Source: Bacteroidales bacterium (GTDB taxonomy: Bacteria > Bacteroidota > Bacteroidia > Bacteroidales > SZUA-534). Taken from it: a stretch of 64,000 nt of DNA. The stretch lies in the NCBI GenBank assembly GCA_046704385.1, contig JBJKSB010000105.1, positions 165-64,164 on the forward strand, given 5' to 3'. Below, one piece after another: positions 9,243-18,692 of the stretch; within the stretch, counting starts at the first letter, position 1, and every line of letters begins with the position of its first letter. Under the pieces are notes generated by a model. That model did not search any database and was not told the DNA's origin. It was given only the letters and a program-made list of their open reading frames with translations. The translations under genes were made by a program, and so were the position numbers.

Positions 9243-9539
9243 CTAAAATTGGTTTTTTTGAATTTCTGTAATAATCTCTGATACTGAAATTATATATCCT
9301 TTTTCTTTTGCAATTATAAAAACACCAATTGTTCCGGTAAAGTCTAATTTTAATAGTTTAGCTTCCCTTCTACCTTTGAACTCATCAATAATCAATAAAC
9401 ATTCCTTTTTTTCCAAAGCTAAAGCTATGGAACTTGCCTCACCGGAATCTAAATAACTTTCTAAGATTTTCCTATTATTTTTTTGATTTTCAGATTTCAA
9501 CGCTATATTTGCACCTTCAACACACGATCTTTTTATGGT
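9243..9539 (-). pseudogene. DUF3368/PIN-like (COG2405-type) nucleic-acid-binding protein remnant, N-terminally truncated
   Basis: The C-terminal part, LDSGEASSIALALEKKECLLIIDEFKGRREAKLLKLDFTGTIGVFIIAKEKGYI, matches the DUF3368 pattern LDxGExxAIxLAxE...LIDExxGRxxA...GTxGxLxxAKxxGxI. There is no in-frame ATG between the domain and the riboswitch region; only a TTG at 9500. The upstream part of the 173-aa ORF is antisense to the SAM riboswitch and looks non-protein-like. Confidence 0.5.
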
Positions 9540-9540
9540 T

Positions 9541-9660
9541 GATGTTATAAAGAAGAGCTGAGAGATTAGGCTCAGTGAAGCTCTAGCAACCTTCCCCCTA
9601 AAAGGAAAGGTGCTAACACCTAACTCGCCCGGATATTCTTGGTGAGAAATTATAACAAAC
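9541..9660 (+). promoter_or_regulatory. SAM-I (S-box) riboswitch aptamer upstream of metX-hom-metH-metF
   Basis: Plus-strand sequence: GTTATAAAGAAGAGCTGAGAGATTAGGCTCAGTGAAGCTCTAGCAACCTTCCCCCTAAAAGGAAAGGTGCTAACACCTAACTCGCCCGGATATTCTTGGTGAGAAATTATAAC.
- P1: GTTATAA/TTATAAC (9544..9550 with 9650..9656).
- P2: AGAGC.GAGAGA..GGCTC.GTGA.GCTCT, with a kink-turn-like GA/TGA.
- Conserved GCAACC.
- P3: CTTCC/GGAAAG.
- Conserved GGTGCTAA.
- P4: CTCGCC/GGTGAG. Confidence 0.85.
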
Positions 9661-9986
9661 AATTTAAATGAAAAATTGCACAACATTACATGACGAAAAC
9701 CTGAATGAATTGCAAAGAGCGCTGTTGCGTTGTTATGCGGTATCTTATTGTCTGGCTTTTTCAAAATCGAGTATGCGCCAGCAGGTGCAATAACATTTTC
9801 CCCAAACCGGTTTTTATGTAATCCCCTGATTCAAGGAACCAGTAAGGGTATTACCCAATAAAATTGACACAAGTGTTTTAGAGACAGACTAAAACACCGA
9901 TAAACTTGAATAATAAAGCGACAGACATTTTAAATATTGAAAATAAAAACAAAAAGTTGAAATAACTTTTTAATATAAAAAACAGA

Positions 9987-11066
9987 ATGAAAATAATGGA
10001 AACAGAGTGTTTGATAAAAGAGGAATACTTATCGCACGATGGAGGTAAGAATGTAAAATATTTAAAATATAACCAGGAATTTATCCTCGAAAGCGGAGAA
10101 TCGTTACCTGAAATAGATATTGCTTATACCACCTATGGTAAGATGAATGCCGATCAGAGTAATGTGGTGTGGATGTGTCACGCATTTACGGCAAACTCCG
10201 ATCCTGTAGATTGGTGGCCGGGAATGGTTGGGGAAGGATATTTTTTTGATCCTGCCAAATATTTCATTGTATGTGCCAATATTATAGGATCGTGTTATGG
10301 ATCAACAGGGCCGCTTTCAATTAATCCAAAAACCGGCCGACCTTATTTCAGAAGTTTTCCACAGGTTACAGTACGAGACCAGGTTAAAGCCCACGAAATT
10401 TTACGTGAACACCTGGGAATTCATAACATTTACCTGATTTTAGGTTGTTCTATTGGAGGACATCAGGCCCTTGAATGGACCATCTCAAACCCAGATTTGT
10501 TTCAGAATGCTTTTTATGTAGCTACCAATGCGGTAAATTCACCGTGGGTTACAGCCTTCGACGAAAGTCAGCGTTTAGCGATACTGGCCGATCAAACCTA
10601 TTTTGAAGATCGTCCCGAAGGTGGTGCAAATGGTATGAAAGCTGCCCGAAGCATGGCCTTAATCAGTTACCGGAATCGTAACGCCTATAATAAAACACAG
10701 GCCGAAGAAGATATCGATAAACACGATAATTACAAGGCCAGTTCTTACCAGGCTTATCAGGGTGATAAATTGGTAAAACGGTTTAATGCTTACTCATATT
10801 TTTACCTTACCAAAGCTCTCGATTCGCATAATGTAGGAAGAAACCGCGGAGGCTTTGAAAAAGCACTGGCCCGAATCAAAGCAAAGGCGTTAATTATCTC
10901 TATCGACACCGACTTATTATTCACAACAGAAGATCAGCAAATTATTCACAAATATATACCCGGAAGCAAACTCGAATTTTTGGAATCATTCTACGGCCAC
11001 GATGGATTTTTACTGGAATTTGAAAAGCAGAATAAAATTTACGCTGATTTTCTGGGATTGGAATAA
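9987..11066 (+). CDS. metX: homoserine O-acetyltransferase
   Basis: 359 aa with an alpha/beta hydrolase fold and the GCSIGGHQALEW nucleophile elbow. Typical MetX N-terminus (ESGESLPEIDIAYTTYG) and C-terminus (SFYGHDGFL). Confidence 0.9.
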   Translation: MKIMETECLIKEEYLSHDGGKNVKYLKYNQEFILESGESLPEIDIAYTTYGKMNADQSNVVWMCHAFTANSDPVDWWPGMVGEGYFFDPAKYFIVCANIIGSCYGSTGPLSINPKTGRPYFRSFPQVTVRDQVKAHEILREHLGIHNIYLILGCSIGGHQALEWTISNPDLFQNAFYVATNAVNSPWVTAFDESQRLAILADQTYFEDRPEGGANGMKAARSMALISYRNRNAYNKTQAEEDIDKHDNYKASSYQAYQGDKLVKRFNAYSYFYLTKALDSHNVGRNRGGFEKALARIKAKALIISIDTDLLFTTEDQQIIHKYIPGSKLEFLESFYGHDGFLLEFEKQNKIYADFLGLE

Positions 11067-11138
11067 ACCAGTGATTGGAAAATTGGAACAATAAAACATT
11101 CAAACACTTGAACAATATAACATTCGAATAATAATAAA

Positions 11139-12341
11139 ATGAACCCACATATTAAAATAGGATTAATTGGCTTCGGGACAGTTGGCGAAGGACTGTACGA
11201 GGTTATGCAGAAGTCGCAAAATGCACGCGCTGAAATCAAACGGATTTGCATAAAGAATCCGGAAAAACGCAGGAAACTTACCGGCGAAATTTTTACGCTA
11301 AATGTTGATGAATTAATTAACGACGATGAAATTAACCTCATTGTTGAGTTAATTGATGATGCAGAAGATGCCTACCATATTGTTAAAAAAGCATTGATAA
11401 GCGGCAAATCGGTAGTATCGGGAAATAAGAAAATGATTGCCACCCACATAAAGGAACTCATTGAAATACAGAAGGAATATAATGCAGCATTATTGTATGA
11501 TGCTTCAGCCTGCGGAAGCATTCCGGTTATCAGGAACCTGGAGGAATATTACGATAATGATTTGTTAAAATCAATTACAGGAATACTTAACGGATCATCA
11601 AACTTTATTCTGACCCGTATTTTTAATGATAAAATGGATTATTCCACTGCCCTGAAAATGGCTCAGGATTTGGGTTTTGCTGAAAGCAACCCTGTTTTTG
11701 ATGTGGAGGGATTCGATAGTTTATATAAGCTTGTGATTTTGGCAGTGCATGGTTTTGGAACAATGGTAAATCCTGATGATGTACTGAATTATGGAATATC
11801 GAAAATATCGGATTTTGATATTCAATATGCCCGCGAAAAAGGGTATCGGATTAAACTGGTTGCCCAGGTTACAAAAATCAGCAAAGGTAAAATTACAATG
11901 TACGTGTTGCCTCGCCTGGTAACACCTGATAAATATATTTATGGTGTTGAGGATGAATTTAACGGAGTGGTAATTCAGGGCGAAGCTTATGATAAACAAT
12001 TTATGTTTGGGAAAGGGGCCGGGGGACATCCAACGGGTTCTGCAGTATTGTCGGATATTACTGCCCGTTTGCATAATTACAAATACGAGTACAAAAAACA
12101 AAAATATTTTACCGTGCCCGACTATAGCACCGATCACAAATTAAAAATATATTTAAGATATACTAACTCACTTGGTTTCAGCCATTTCGATTTCGAAGAA
12201 ATTTTGGAACGTTACACCTCTAAACAAAATAACTATGTTATTGGTACAATTAAGCTGGATAACTTATTAAAAATTAAAAAACTGCTTCCCAAATTAGATA
12301 TATTTATCGCCTATTTGGGAGATTTAGTTAATACGTATTGA
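11139..12341 (+). CDS. hom: homoserine dehydrogenase
   Basis: 400 aa. N-terminal Rossmann motif [12 protein letters not shown], catalytic-domain motifs ([29 protein letters not shown]) and an ACT-like tail. Confidence 0.9.
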   Translation: MNPHIKIGLIGFGTVGEGLYEVMQKSQNARAEIKRICIKNPEKRRKLTGEIFTLNVDELINDDEINLIVELIDDAEDAYHIVKKALISGKSVVSGNKKMIATHIKELIEIQKEYNAALLYDASACGSIPVIRNLEEYYDNDLLKSITGILNGSSNFILTRIFNDKMDYSTALKMAQDLGFAESNPVFDVEGFDSLYKLVILAVHGFGTMVNPDDVLNYGISKISDFDIQYAREKGYRIKLVAQVTKISKGKITMYVLPRLVTPDKYIYGVEDEFNGVVIQGEAYDKQFMFGKGAGGHPTGSAVLSDITARLHNYKYEYKKQKYFTVPDYSTDHKLKIYLRYTNSLGFSHFDFEEILERYTSKQNNYVIGTIKLDNLLKIKKLLPKLDIFIAYLGDLVNTY

Positions 12342-12393
12342 AGCAAAATCAGCGTTTGTCTGCGAGCTTAAAAAAACAGGAAGGATAAGAAAA

Positions 12394-15300
12394 ATGTCAG
12401 ATAAGAAAGTTAGTATAGAAGAATTAGTAAAAAAACGAATATTAATTCTCGATGGTGCTACAGGTACAATGATTCAAAGATATAAGCTTACTGAATCGGA
12501 TTTTAGGGGAGAAGAATTTAAGGATCATCCGGTTGACTTAAAAGGCAATAATGATTTGCTTTCTGTAACACGTCCTGAAATCTGTAAAGAGATACATAAA
12601 AAGTTTTTAGAGGCCGGTTCCGATATTATTGAAACCAACACCTTTAATTCAACCAGCATATCACAGGCTGATTATTCCTTGGAATCGCAGGTGCGACGGA
12701 TTAATGTGGAAGCTGCAAAAAATGCCCGTGAAGTAGCAGACTTATTCACTGCTCAAAATTCGGATAAACCCAGGTTTGTTGCAGGATCGATGGGACCTAC
12801 CAATAAAACAGCATCTATTTCACCCGATGTAAACGACCCTTCAAAACGGTCAATAACGTTCGATCAATTGGTGGACGCTTACCAGGAGCAAGCCGAAGGA
12901 TTAATTGAAGGAGGAGTTGATCTACTTTTAATTGAAACAGTTTTCGATATTCTGAATGCCAAAGCAGCCTATGTTGGTGTAGTAAATGCCTTTGAAAAAT
13001 ATAACACAAAATTGCCTATAATGATGTCGGTGACTATTGCCGACAAAAGCGGTCGTACGCTTTCAGGCCAAACCGTTGAGGCGTTTATTATCTCGCTTTC
13101 GCATATGGATTTGTTGAGCATCGGGCTGAATTGCAGTTTTGGTGCTGAAGGTTTGCGTCCTTATTTGGAGGAACTGGCTGCTAAAGCGCCATGGTTTATT
13201 TCTGTTTATCCCAATGCCGGACTACCCAACCAACTGGGTGAATACGATGAATTGCCCAAAACAATGGCAGGCCAGATTGAAGGTTTTCTGAAAAACCAAC
13301 TGGTGAATATTGTCGGAGGCTGCTGTGGTACCACTCCCGATCATATTTCAGCTATTGCTGAGATAATAAAAGGATATAAGCCACACGAACGCTCTGTGTT
13401 AAAAACCGAAACCCGGTTAAGTGGTCTTGAACCCTTGAAAATTTCGAAGGAACGTAATTTTGTAAATATTGGAGAACGTACCAATGTGGCGGGTTCAATG
13501 AAATTTGCCCGTTTAATTCGCGAAAAAAAATACGAAGAAGCTCTTTCTATTGCCCGCAACCAGGTTGAGGGTGGTGCCCAGGTTATTGATGTAAATCTTG
13601 ATGACGGATTACTGGATGCCGTGCACGAAATGACAACTTTTCTGAACTACATTGTTTCGGAACCTGAAATTTCGAGGTTACCTGTAATGATTGATTCCTC
13701 GAAATGGGAAGCAATCGAAGCCGGCTTAAAAGTCTTGCAGGGCAAGGCTATTGTAAACTCAATAAGCCTGAAGGAAGGGGAAGAGGAATTTATTGATAAA
13801 GCAAAAAAAATACGCAACTACGGAGCTGCAGTAGTAATTATGGCCTTTGATGAAGAAGGCCAGGCTGTTACTGCTGACCGTAAGCAGGCTATTTGTAAAA
13901 GAGCCTATGATATATGGGTACATCAGCTGGGATTTCCTCCTGAAGATATAATTTTCGATCCCAACATCCTGGCCATTGCCACAGGGATGGAAGAGCACAA
14001 TAATTACGGAGTTGAGTTTATTGAAGCCGTGACATGGATCAAGGCGAATTTGCCCCATGCTAAAATCAGTGGCGGGTTGAGCAACCTGTCGTTTAGTTTC
14101 AGGGGGAACAATACCGTTCGTGAAGCTATTCATTCGGTGTTTTTGTATTACGCCATTAAAGAAGGAATGGATATGGCTATCCTGAATCCGGGAATGATCC
14201 AGATTTATGATGATATTCCAAAGGATTTGCTGAAACTGGTTGAAGATGTGGTGTTAAATCGACATCCCGATGCCGGTGAAAAATTGATTGAGTTTGCCGA
14301 AACCATTAAAAATGATGGTAAGGAAGAGGTTAAAACTTTGGAATGGCGGGAAAAATCGCTTGAAGACCGGTTGATTTATTCTTTAATGAAAGGCATTAAT
14401 GATTTCTTGCAGCAGGACCTTGACGAAGCTTTGCAGAAATATTCACCTACATTACGCATTATTGAAGGGCCGTTGATGGATGGAATGAATGTGGTTGGAG
14501 ACCTTTTTGGTGATGGGAAAATGTTCCTGCCCCAGGTGGTTAAAACTGCACGGGTTATGAAACAGGCAGTTGCCATCCTACAACCCTACATTGAGGCTGA
14601 AAAGGAAAATGGTGGCGGAGAGCGCACCTTTAACGGTAAAATTCAGATGGCTACTGTTAAAGGCGATGTTCATGATATAGGTAAAAACATTGTAAATGTG
14701 GTACTGGCCTGCAATAATTACGACACGATGGATCTTGGAGTAATGACTCCCTGCCAGACGATCCTGGATTCGGCACGTGAAAACAATGTGGATGTGATAG
14801 CTTGTAGCGGTCTTATTACCCCATCGCTTGATGAAATGGTTACAGTGGCGCAGGAAATGGAGAAAAATGGTTTTACCATTCCTTTATTTGTTGGTGGAGC
14901 AACAACCTCGAAACTTCATACAGCCTTGAAAATAGATCCTCATTATAGTGGACCAGTGGTTCATGCCAAAGATGCCTCTGAGGCTGTAAAGCTTATGAAC
15001 GAAGTAATGAATAAGGAAACAGGCCCGGCATTTTGTGCCAATCTGAAAAAGGAATACGAAAAGATACGAATACATCATAATAACACAGGTAAAGTGCTTT
15101 TAAGTCTGCAAGAAGCGCAAAATAAAAAAATGCCTTTTAATATTTCTGAAGCAGATATAGTGAAACCCCAAAAATTAGGTCTGAGTTTGATTGAAGATTA
15201 TGATTTGGCTGAAATTCGCAACTATATCGACTGGACGTTTTTCTTTATATCATGGGATTTTAAAGGTAAATACCCTGATATTTTAAATGATCCGGAAAAG

Positions 15301-16068
15301 GGTGAAGAGGCTAAAAAATTATATGATGATGCCAATAAACTCATAGATCAGATTATTGAAGAAAAGGCTCTGCAGGCTAATGCCGTTTATGGTTTATTCC
15401 CTGCAAATGGTGAGGGTGAGGATATTATTATTTACGATGCTTACGACGAAACCAAAGAAATTGCCCGTTACCATGGATTACGGCAACAAAATCCTGCCCC
15501 CAACAGTGAATATTGTAATTCTCTATCGGATTTTGTGGCTCCGGTATCATCGGGAGTTAAAGACTATGTGGGAGCATTTGCAGTTACAGCCGGAATCAAT
15601 ATCGAAAAGAAACTGGAAGAGTATAAAGCTAAAAATGATGAGTACCTGGGTATCTTAATCAAATTTGTGGCCGATAGGTTGGCTGAAGCTTTCACGGAAT
15701 TAATCCACCTAAAAATCAGGAAAAAATGGTGGGGTTATGCCCCTGATGAAAAAATCAGTTTTGATGATTTACTGGCCATGAAATACCGTGGCATTCGCCC
15801 GGCAATAGGATACCCGGCCTGCCCCGAGCATACCGAAAAGCAAATGCTTTTTGATTTAATCGGGGCAAATAATGCCGGCATCAGTTTGACTGAGAATTTT
15901 GCCATGATGCCAAATGCTTCGGTTTCCGGTTTGTTGTTGGCGCATCCAAAATCAAGCTATTTCGGGATTGGTAAAATTGGTAAAGATCAGGTTGAAAATT
16001 ATGCAAAAAGGAAAGAGTGGGATACAAGCAAAGCGGAGAAATGGCTGGGTCCGTTACTTAATTATTAG
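12394..16068 (+). CDS. metH: cobalamin-dependent methionine synthase
   Basis: 1224 aa with all modules present: Hcy-binding (GGCCGTTP), pterin-binding, a B12-binding cap and Rossmann ([13 protein letters not shown], the DxHxxG motif), and the C-terminal AdoMet activation domain. Confidence 0.95.
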   Translation: MSDKKVSIEELVKKRILILDGATGTMIQRYKLTESDFRGEEFKDHPVDLKGNNDLLSVTRPEICKEIHKKFLEAGSDIIETNTFNSTSISQADYSLESQVRRINVEAAKNAREVADLFTAQNSDKPRFVAGSMGPTNKTASISPDVNDPSKRSITFDQLVDAYQEQAEGLIEGGVDLLLIETVFDILNAKAAYVGVVNAFEKYNTKLPIMMSVTIADKSGRTLSGQTVEAFIISLSHMDLLSIGLNCSFGAEGLRPYLEELAAKAPWFISVYPNAGLPNQLGEYDELPKTMAGQIEGFLKNQLVNIVGGCCGTTPDHISAIAEIIKGYKPHERSVLKTETRLSGLEPLKISKERNFVNIGERTNVAGSMKFARLIREKKYEEALSIARNQVEGGAQVIDVNLDDGLLDAVHEMTTFLNYIVSEPEISRLPVMIDSSKWEAIEAGLKVLQGKAIVNSISLKEGEEEFIDKAKKIRNYGAAVVIMAFDEEGQAVTADRKQAICKRAYDIWVHQLGFPPEDIIFDPNILAIATGMEEHNNYGVEFIEAVTWIKANLPHAKISGGLSNLSFSFRGNNTVREAIHSVFLYYAIKEGMDMAILNPGMIQIYDDIPKDLLKLVEDVVLNRHPDAGEKLIEFAETIKNDGKEEVKTLEWREKSLEDRLIYSLMKGINDFLQQDLDEALQKYSPTLRIIEGPLMDGMNVVGDLFGDGKMFLPQVVKTARVMKQAVAILQPYIEAEKENGGGERTFNGKIQMATVKGDVHDIGKNIVNVVLACNNYDTMDLGVMTPCQTILDSARENNVDVIACSGLITPSLDEMVTVAQEMEKNGFTIPLFVGGATTSKLHTALKIDPHYSGPVVHAKDASEAVKLMNEVMNKETGPAFCANLKKEYEKIRIHHNNTGKVLLSLQEAQNKKMPFNISEADIVKPQKLGLSLIEDYDLAEIRNYIDWTFFFISWDFKGKYPDILNDPEKGEEAKKLYDDANKLIDQIIEEKALQANAVYGLFPANGEGEDIIIYDAYDETKEIARYHGLRQQNPAPNSEYCNSLSDFVAPVSSGVKDYVGAFAVTAGINIEKKLEEYKAKNDEYLGILIKFVADRLAEAFTELIHLKIRKKWWGYAPDEKISFDDLLAMKYRGIRPAIGYPACPEHTEKQMLFDLIGANNAGISLTENFAMMPNASVSGLLLAHPKSSYFGIGKIGKDQVENYAKRKEWDTSKAEKWLGPLLNY

Positions 16069-16206
16069 TTCAAAAACAACTTTGCCAACTTTATATCACC
16101 AACAAAAACAATGAGATTTTTGGTATTTCTGCATTTACAATATAGCTTAGCAGCCTGAAATTACTGTTACTAAAACAAATTAAAAAATTATTAACCGATT
16201 ATTCGA

Positions 16207-17160
16207 ATGAAAGTAATTGACCTGATTAACAACAGAAAAAAAACCCTTTTTTCAATTGAAATTGTGCCCCCGTTAAGAGGAAATAAACTTGAGGGCATTT
16301 ATAGAAAGATTGATCAGCTGGTGGAATTTAACCCGGCTTTTATTAATATTACCTATCATAAGGATGAAGCTGTTTACACAACGTTAAAGGACGGTTCGGT
16401 TAAAAAGAGAATTATATCAAAACGGCCTGGTACGGTAGCGTTAACAGCGTCAATAATGAACAAGTATAAGGTTGAAGTGGTACCTCATATTACTTGTGGG
16501 GGATTTACCCTTGACCAGGTGGAAAATGCCTTAATCGATTTTAACTTTCTGGGAATTGAAAATCTTTTAGTTTTGCAGGGTGATGCAGGTCGAGGCCAGA
16601 CAAAATTTATACCAGAAGAGAATGGGCATACCCACGCTGTTGATTTGCTTGAACAAGTGATGCATATGAATAAAGGCAAATACCTTGATGAAAAACTGGA
16701 GCAGGGTTACCCATCGAATTTTTGTGTGGGAGTAGCAGGATATCCTGAAAAACATTATGCAGCCGCTAGCCTCGATTCTGACATCCAATACCTGAAAGCT
16801 AAAGTACTGGCCGGGGCTGATTACATTGTGACCCAGATGTTTTTTGATAATCAAAAATATTATGAGTTTGTAGATAAATGTCGCGCGGAGGGAATTGATG
16901 TGCCCATTGTTCCGGGTTTAAAACCTATAGCATTAATAAATCAGGTTAATGTTTTACCAAAATTATTCCACCTGCATATTCCCGAAACTCTTGAAAAGGA
17001 GATACTAAAATGCAGAACCGACGAAGAAGCACTTGAAGTTGGAACTCAGTGGGGAATTGAACAAGCCAGGGATTTGATACAAAATGGTGCACCCGTTTTG
17101 CATTTTTATACGCTTGGAGCAGGGAATAGCATAAGAAAAATAGCAGAGGCAATATTTTAA
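16207..17160 (+). CDS. metF: 5,10-methylenetetrahydrofolate reductase
   Basis: 317 aa with MetF family motifs (FSIEIVPP, NITYH, LVLQGD, DYIVTQMFFD). Confidence 0.9.
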   Translation: MKVIDLINNRKKTLFSIEIVPPLRGNKLEGIYRKIDQLVEFNPAFINITYHKDEAVYTTLKDGSVKKRIISKRPGTVALTASIMNKYKVEVVPHITCGGFTLDQVENALIDFNFLGIENLLVLQGDAGRGQTKFIPEENGHTHAVDLLEQVMHMNKGKYLDEKLEQGYPSNFCVGVAGYPEKHYAAASLDSDIQYLKAKVLAGADYIVTQMFFDNQKYYEFVDKCRAEGIDVPIVPGLKPIALINQVNVLPKLFHLHIPETLEKEILKCRTDEEALEVGTQWGIEQARDLIQNGAPVLHFYTLGAGNSIRKIAEAIF

Positions 17161-17231
17161 AAAGCGGTAAGTAAAGTATACACTGAAGCCAAAATTATAT
17201 TGGGGATATAATTGTAGAAGGGGTTTGTTCT

Positions 17232-17672
17232 TTAATCTGTAACCAGGGCTAAAACACAAACCCCACATCCCTCTTTGCCATTTTTAAAGAACAGTTTTAT
17301 ATAATAGGGCCCCGTTTTGGTACACATAAAATCAAACGCTTTGTATTCAGTGTCGGTTTTTGCATTATAGTTACCGCCAAATTGTGTAAAATCATTCGAC
17401 AATTCCATGATAGTTTGCCCTGGTTTTGAAGGATCATTACAGATTAAAAAACGATAATGATTACCTTTACTTAACATTAGGGTAAAAACCCCTTCTGAAC
17501 GTTTTTTTACATTGGGAGCTTCAGCAAACCGAATCCTGAAATGCTTAATATACTTGGCATTGCCACCGCTATTCGCACATTTGCTAATGAACTCATCATC
17601 ACATTGTCCTTTAACATTTAATGTGGCAAGGGCAAATAACATTAGTAAGAAAATCGTTTGTAATTTCTGCAT
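17232..17672 (-). CDS. hypothetical secreted protein (146 aa)
   Basis: Signal peptide MQKLQTIFLLMLFALATLNVKGQ. Cys pairs lie near both termini (QCDDEFISKC; GCGVC). I recognise no family. Confidence 0.6.
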   Translation of the reverse strand: MQKLQTIFLLMLFALATLNVKGQCDDEFISKCANSGGNAKYIKHFRIRFAEAPNVKKRSEGVFTLMLSKGNHYRFLICNDPSKPGQTIMELSNDFTQFGGNYNAKTDTEYKAFDFMCTKTGPYYIKLFFKNGKEGCGVCVLALVTD

Positions 17673-17706
17673 ACCTCAAAAATAAGAAAATATTTCTTAT
17701 TGAAAA

Positions 17707-18600
17707 TTATTTTGACTTTTCTTGTTCTAAGGCATCTAAATCAAGCTTTACGACAAAATTTTGGTAAACAAAACTAATCTTCTTATCCAATTTATCAATT
17801 TCTGTTTTGGTTAATCTCATTTTAAAAGGTTCCCCTGTTGCAGGTTGATAGGGTTTTACATTACCACTGGCATCAATGGCATTGGCATCGTAAAAAATAG
17901 TTACCCCGTTTTTTTCAATCTGAGCTCCTGTTTTTAAAGTTCTTAACTCAGCCGGTGTAATTTGTATAATTCCTCCATTATTCGGATCAACAAATAAAGC
18001 ATTTTTTAAACCACTGTTATCCGTATTTTCTTGGGAATCATCCTCGCTGCTCGGAATATACATCTCTTTTTTTACTAAAATCCGGATATAATTTTTAAAT
18101 TTTTCATCGCGGTATATGTAGTAATTGTTACCGATTGTATAGGCATCAACTTTATAAATTTGAGGTTCTATTTTGCGGCATCCTTTAGGCGTTTGTGAGC
18201 AATCAACCTCTTCAATTTTGCCGGTTTTCAGGTTGATTTTTTTAAATTTATTTCGATAAATATCGTAGTTCACATAAAAGAAATCACCTGACTCATCAAA
18301 AGTACTGTTATACAATTCGCAACGGTTATCGTCCATCTTGATTTTGTACTTTTGGTCCCAGGTATAAAGATTATATATAATTAGATAAACAAACGAAGCT
18401 TTTTCTCCCCTGAATGTAGCTACCAGGTAATTTCCATACTCATCTACCATAAGTTCAAGCACTTCACTTTTTTTGTAATTCGGACCTTTTATTCGGTACT
18501 GAAAACGATATCCCTTGCTTGGTTTGTTAATGGGCTGGGTTTGAGCCCATGAAAATAGTGTTGATATGATAAAAATAGCTAATACAAAAAATTTCTTCAT
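17707..18600 (-). CDS. hypothetical secreted protein (297 aa from the ATG at 18600)
   Basis: The ORF track starts at a TTG (18633). The ATG 11 codons in gives a classic signal peptide, MKKFFVLAIFIISTLFSWAQ. I recognise no family. Confidence 0.6.
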   Translation of the reverse strand: MKKFFVLAIFIISTLFSWAQTQPINKPSKGYRFQYRIKGPNYKKSEVLELMVDEYGNYLVATFRGEKASFVYLIIYNLYTWDQKYKIKMDDNRCELYNSTFDESGDFFYVNYDIYRNKFKKINLKTGKIEEVDCSQTPKGCRKIEPQIYKVDAYTIGNNYYIYRDEKFKNYIRILVKKEMYIPSSEDDSQENTDNSGLKNALFVDPNNGGIIQITPAELRTLKTGAQIEKNGVTIFYDANAIDASGNVKPYQPATGEPFKMRLTKTEIDKLDKKISFVYQNFVVKLDLDALEQEKSK

Positions 18601-18692
18601 AGCGACATGTTTTTCGATTTTCAGGAGTGGCAAAATTAAAAAAAATAAAGCAAATAAGCCTTAATTCAGGTAAAACACAATTGCTTTTTAGT

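Noticed and set aside
9540-9764. N-terminal 75 codons of the 173-aa ORF at 9243..9764 (minus strand).
   Set aside because: This part is the reverse complement of the SAM-I aptamer and its flank. The peptide (…HVMLCNFSFKLFVIISHQEYPGELGVSTFPFRGKVARASLSL…) is not protein-like and does not match the expected DUF3368 N-terminus.
11721-12137. 138-aa antisense ORF inside hom. The same class includes 33495..33890, 35062..35532, 38127..38501, 41442..41786, 50163..50555, 59407..59775, 60267..60665 and 60415..60816.
   Set aside because: All lie wholly inside, and antisense or out of frame to, long genes with strong family signatures. Their translations are low-complexity or hydrophobic nonsense typical of shadow ORFs.
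12342-12393. Possible cobalamin riboswitch ahead of metH, and a possible SAH riboswitch ahead of ahcY (30122..30137).
   Set aside because: The gaps are only 52 nt and 16 nt. No B12-box or SAH-element-like sequence is visible, and there is no room for an aptamer.
17219-17270. GGGGTTTGT / ACAAACCCC inverted repeat spanning the stop codon of the 146-aa gene, as a bidirectional terminator between metF and that gene.
   Set aside because: A 9-bp stem with a ~30-nt imperfect loop, no flanking U/A tracts, and half of it lies inside coding sequence. This is too weak to call.
18601-18633. TTG-initiated 5' extensions proposed by the ORF track: this one, 24336..24359, and the ATG extensions 32065..32088 (minus) and 32070..32087 (plus).
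   Set aside because: In each case an internal ATG immediately precedes a canonical signal peptide, lipobox or TM. For the 32065..32090 pair, the internal starts also remove a head-to-head overlap of divergent genes.
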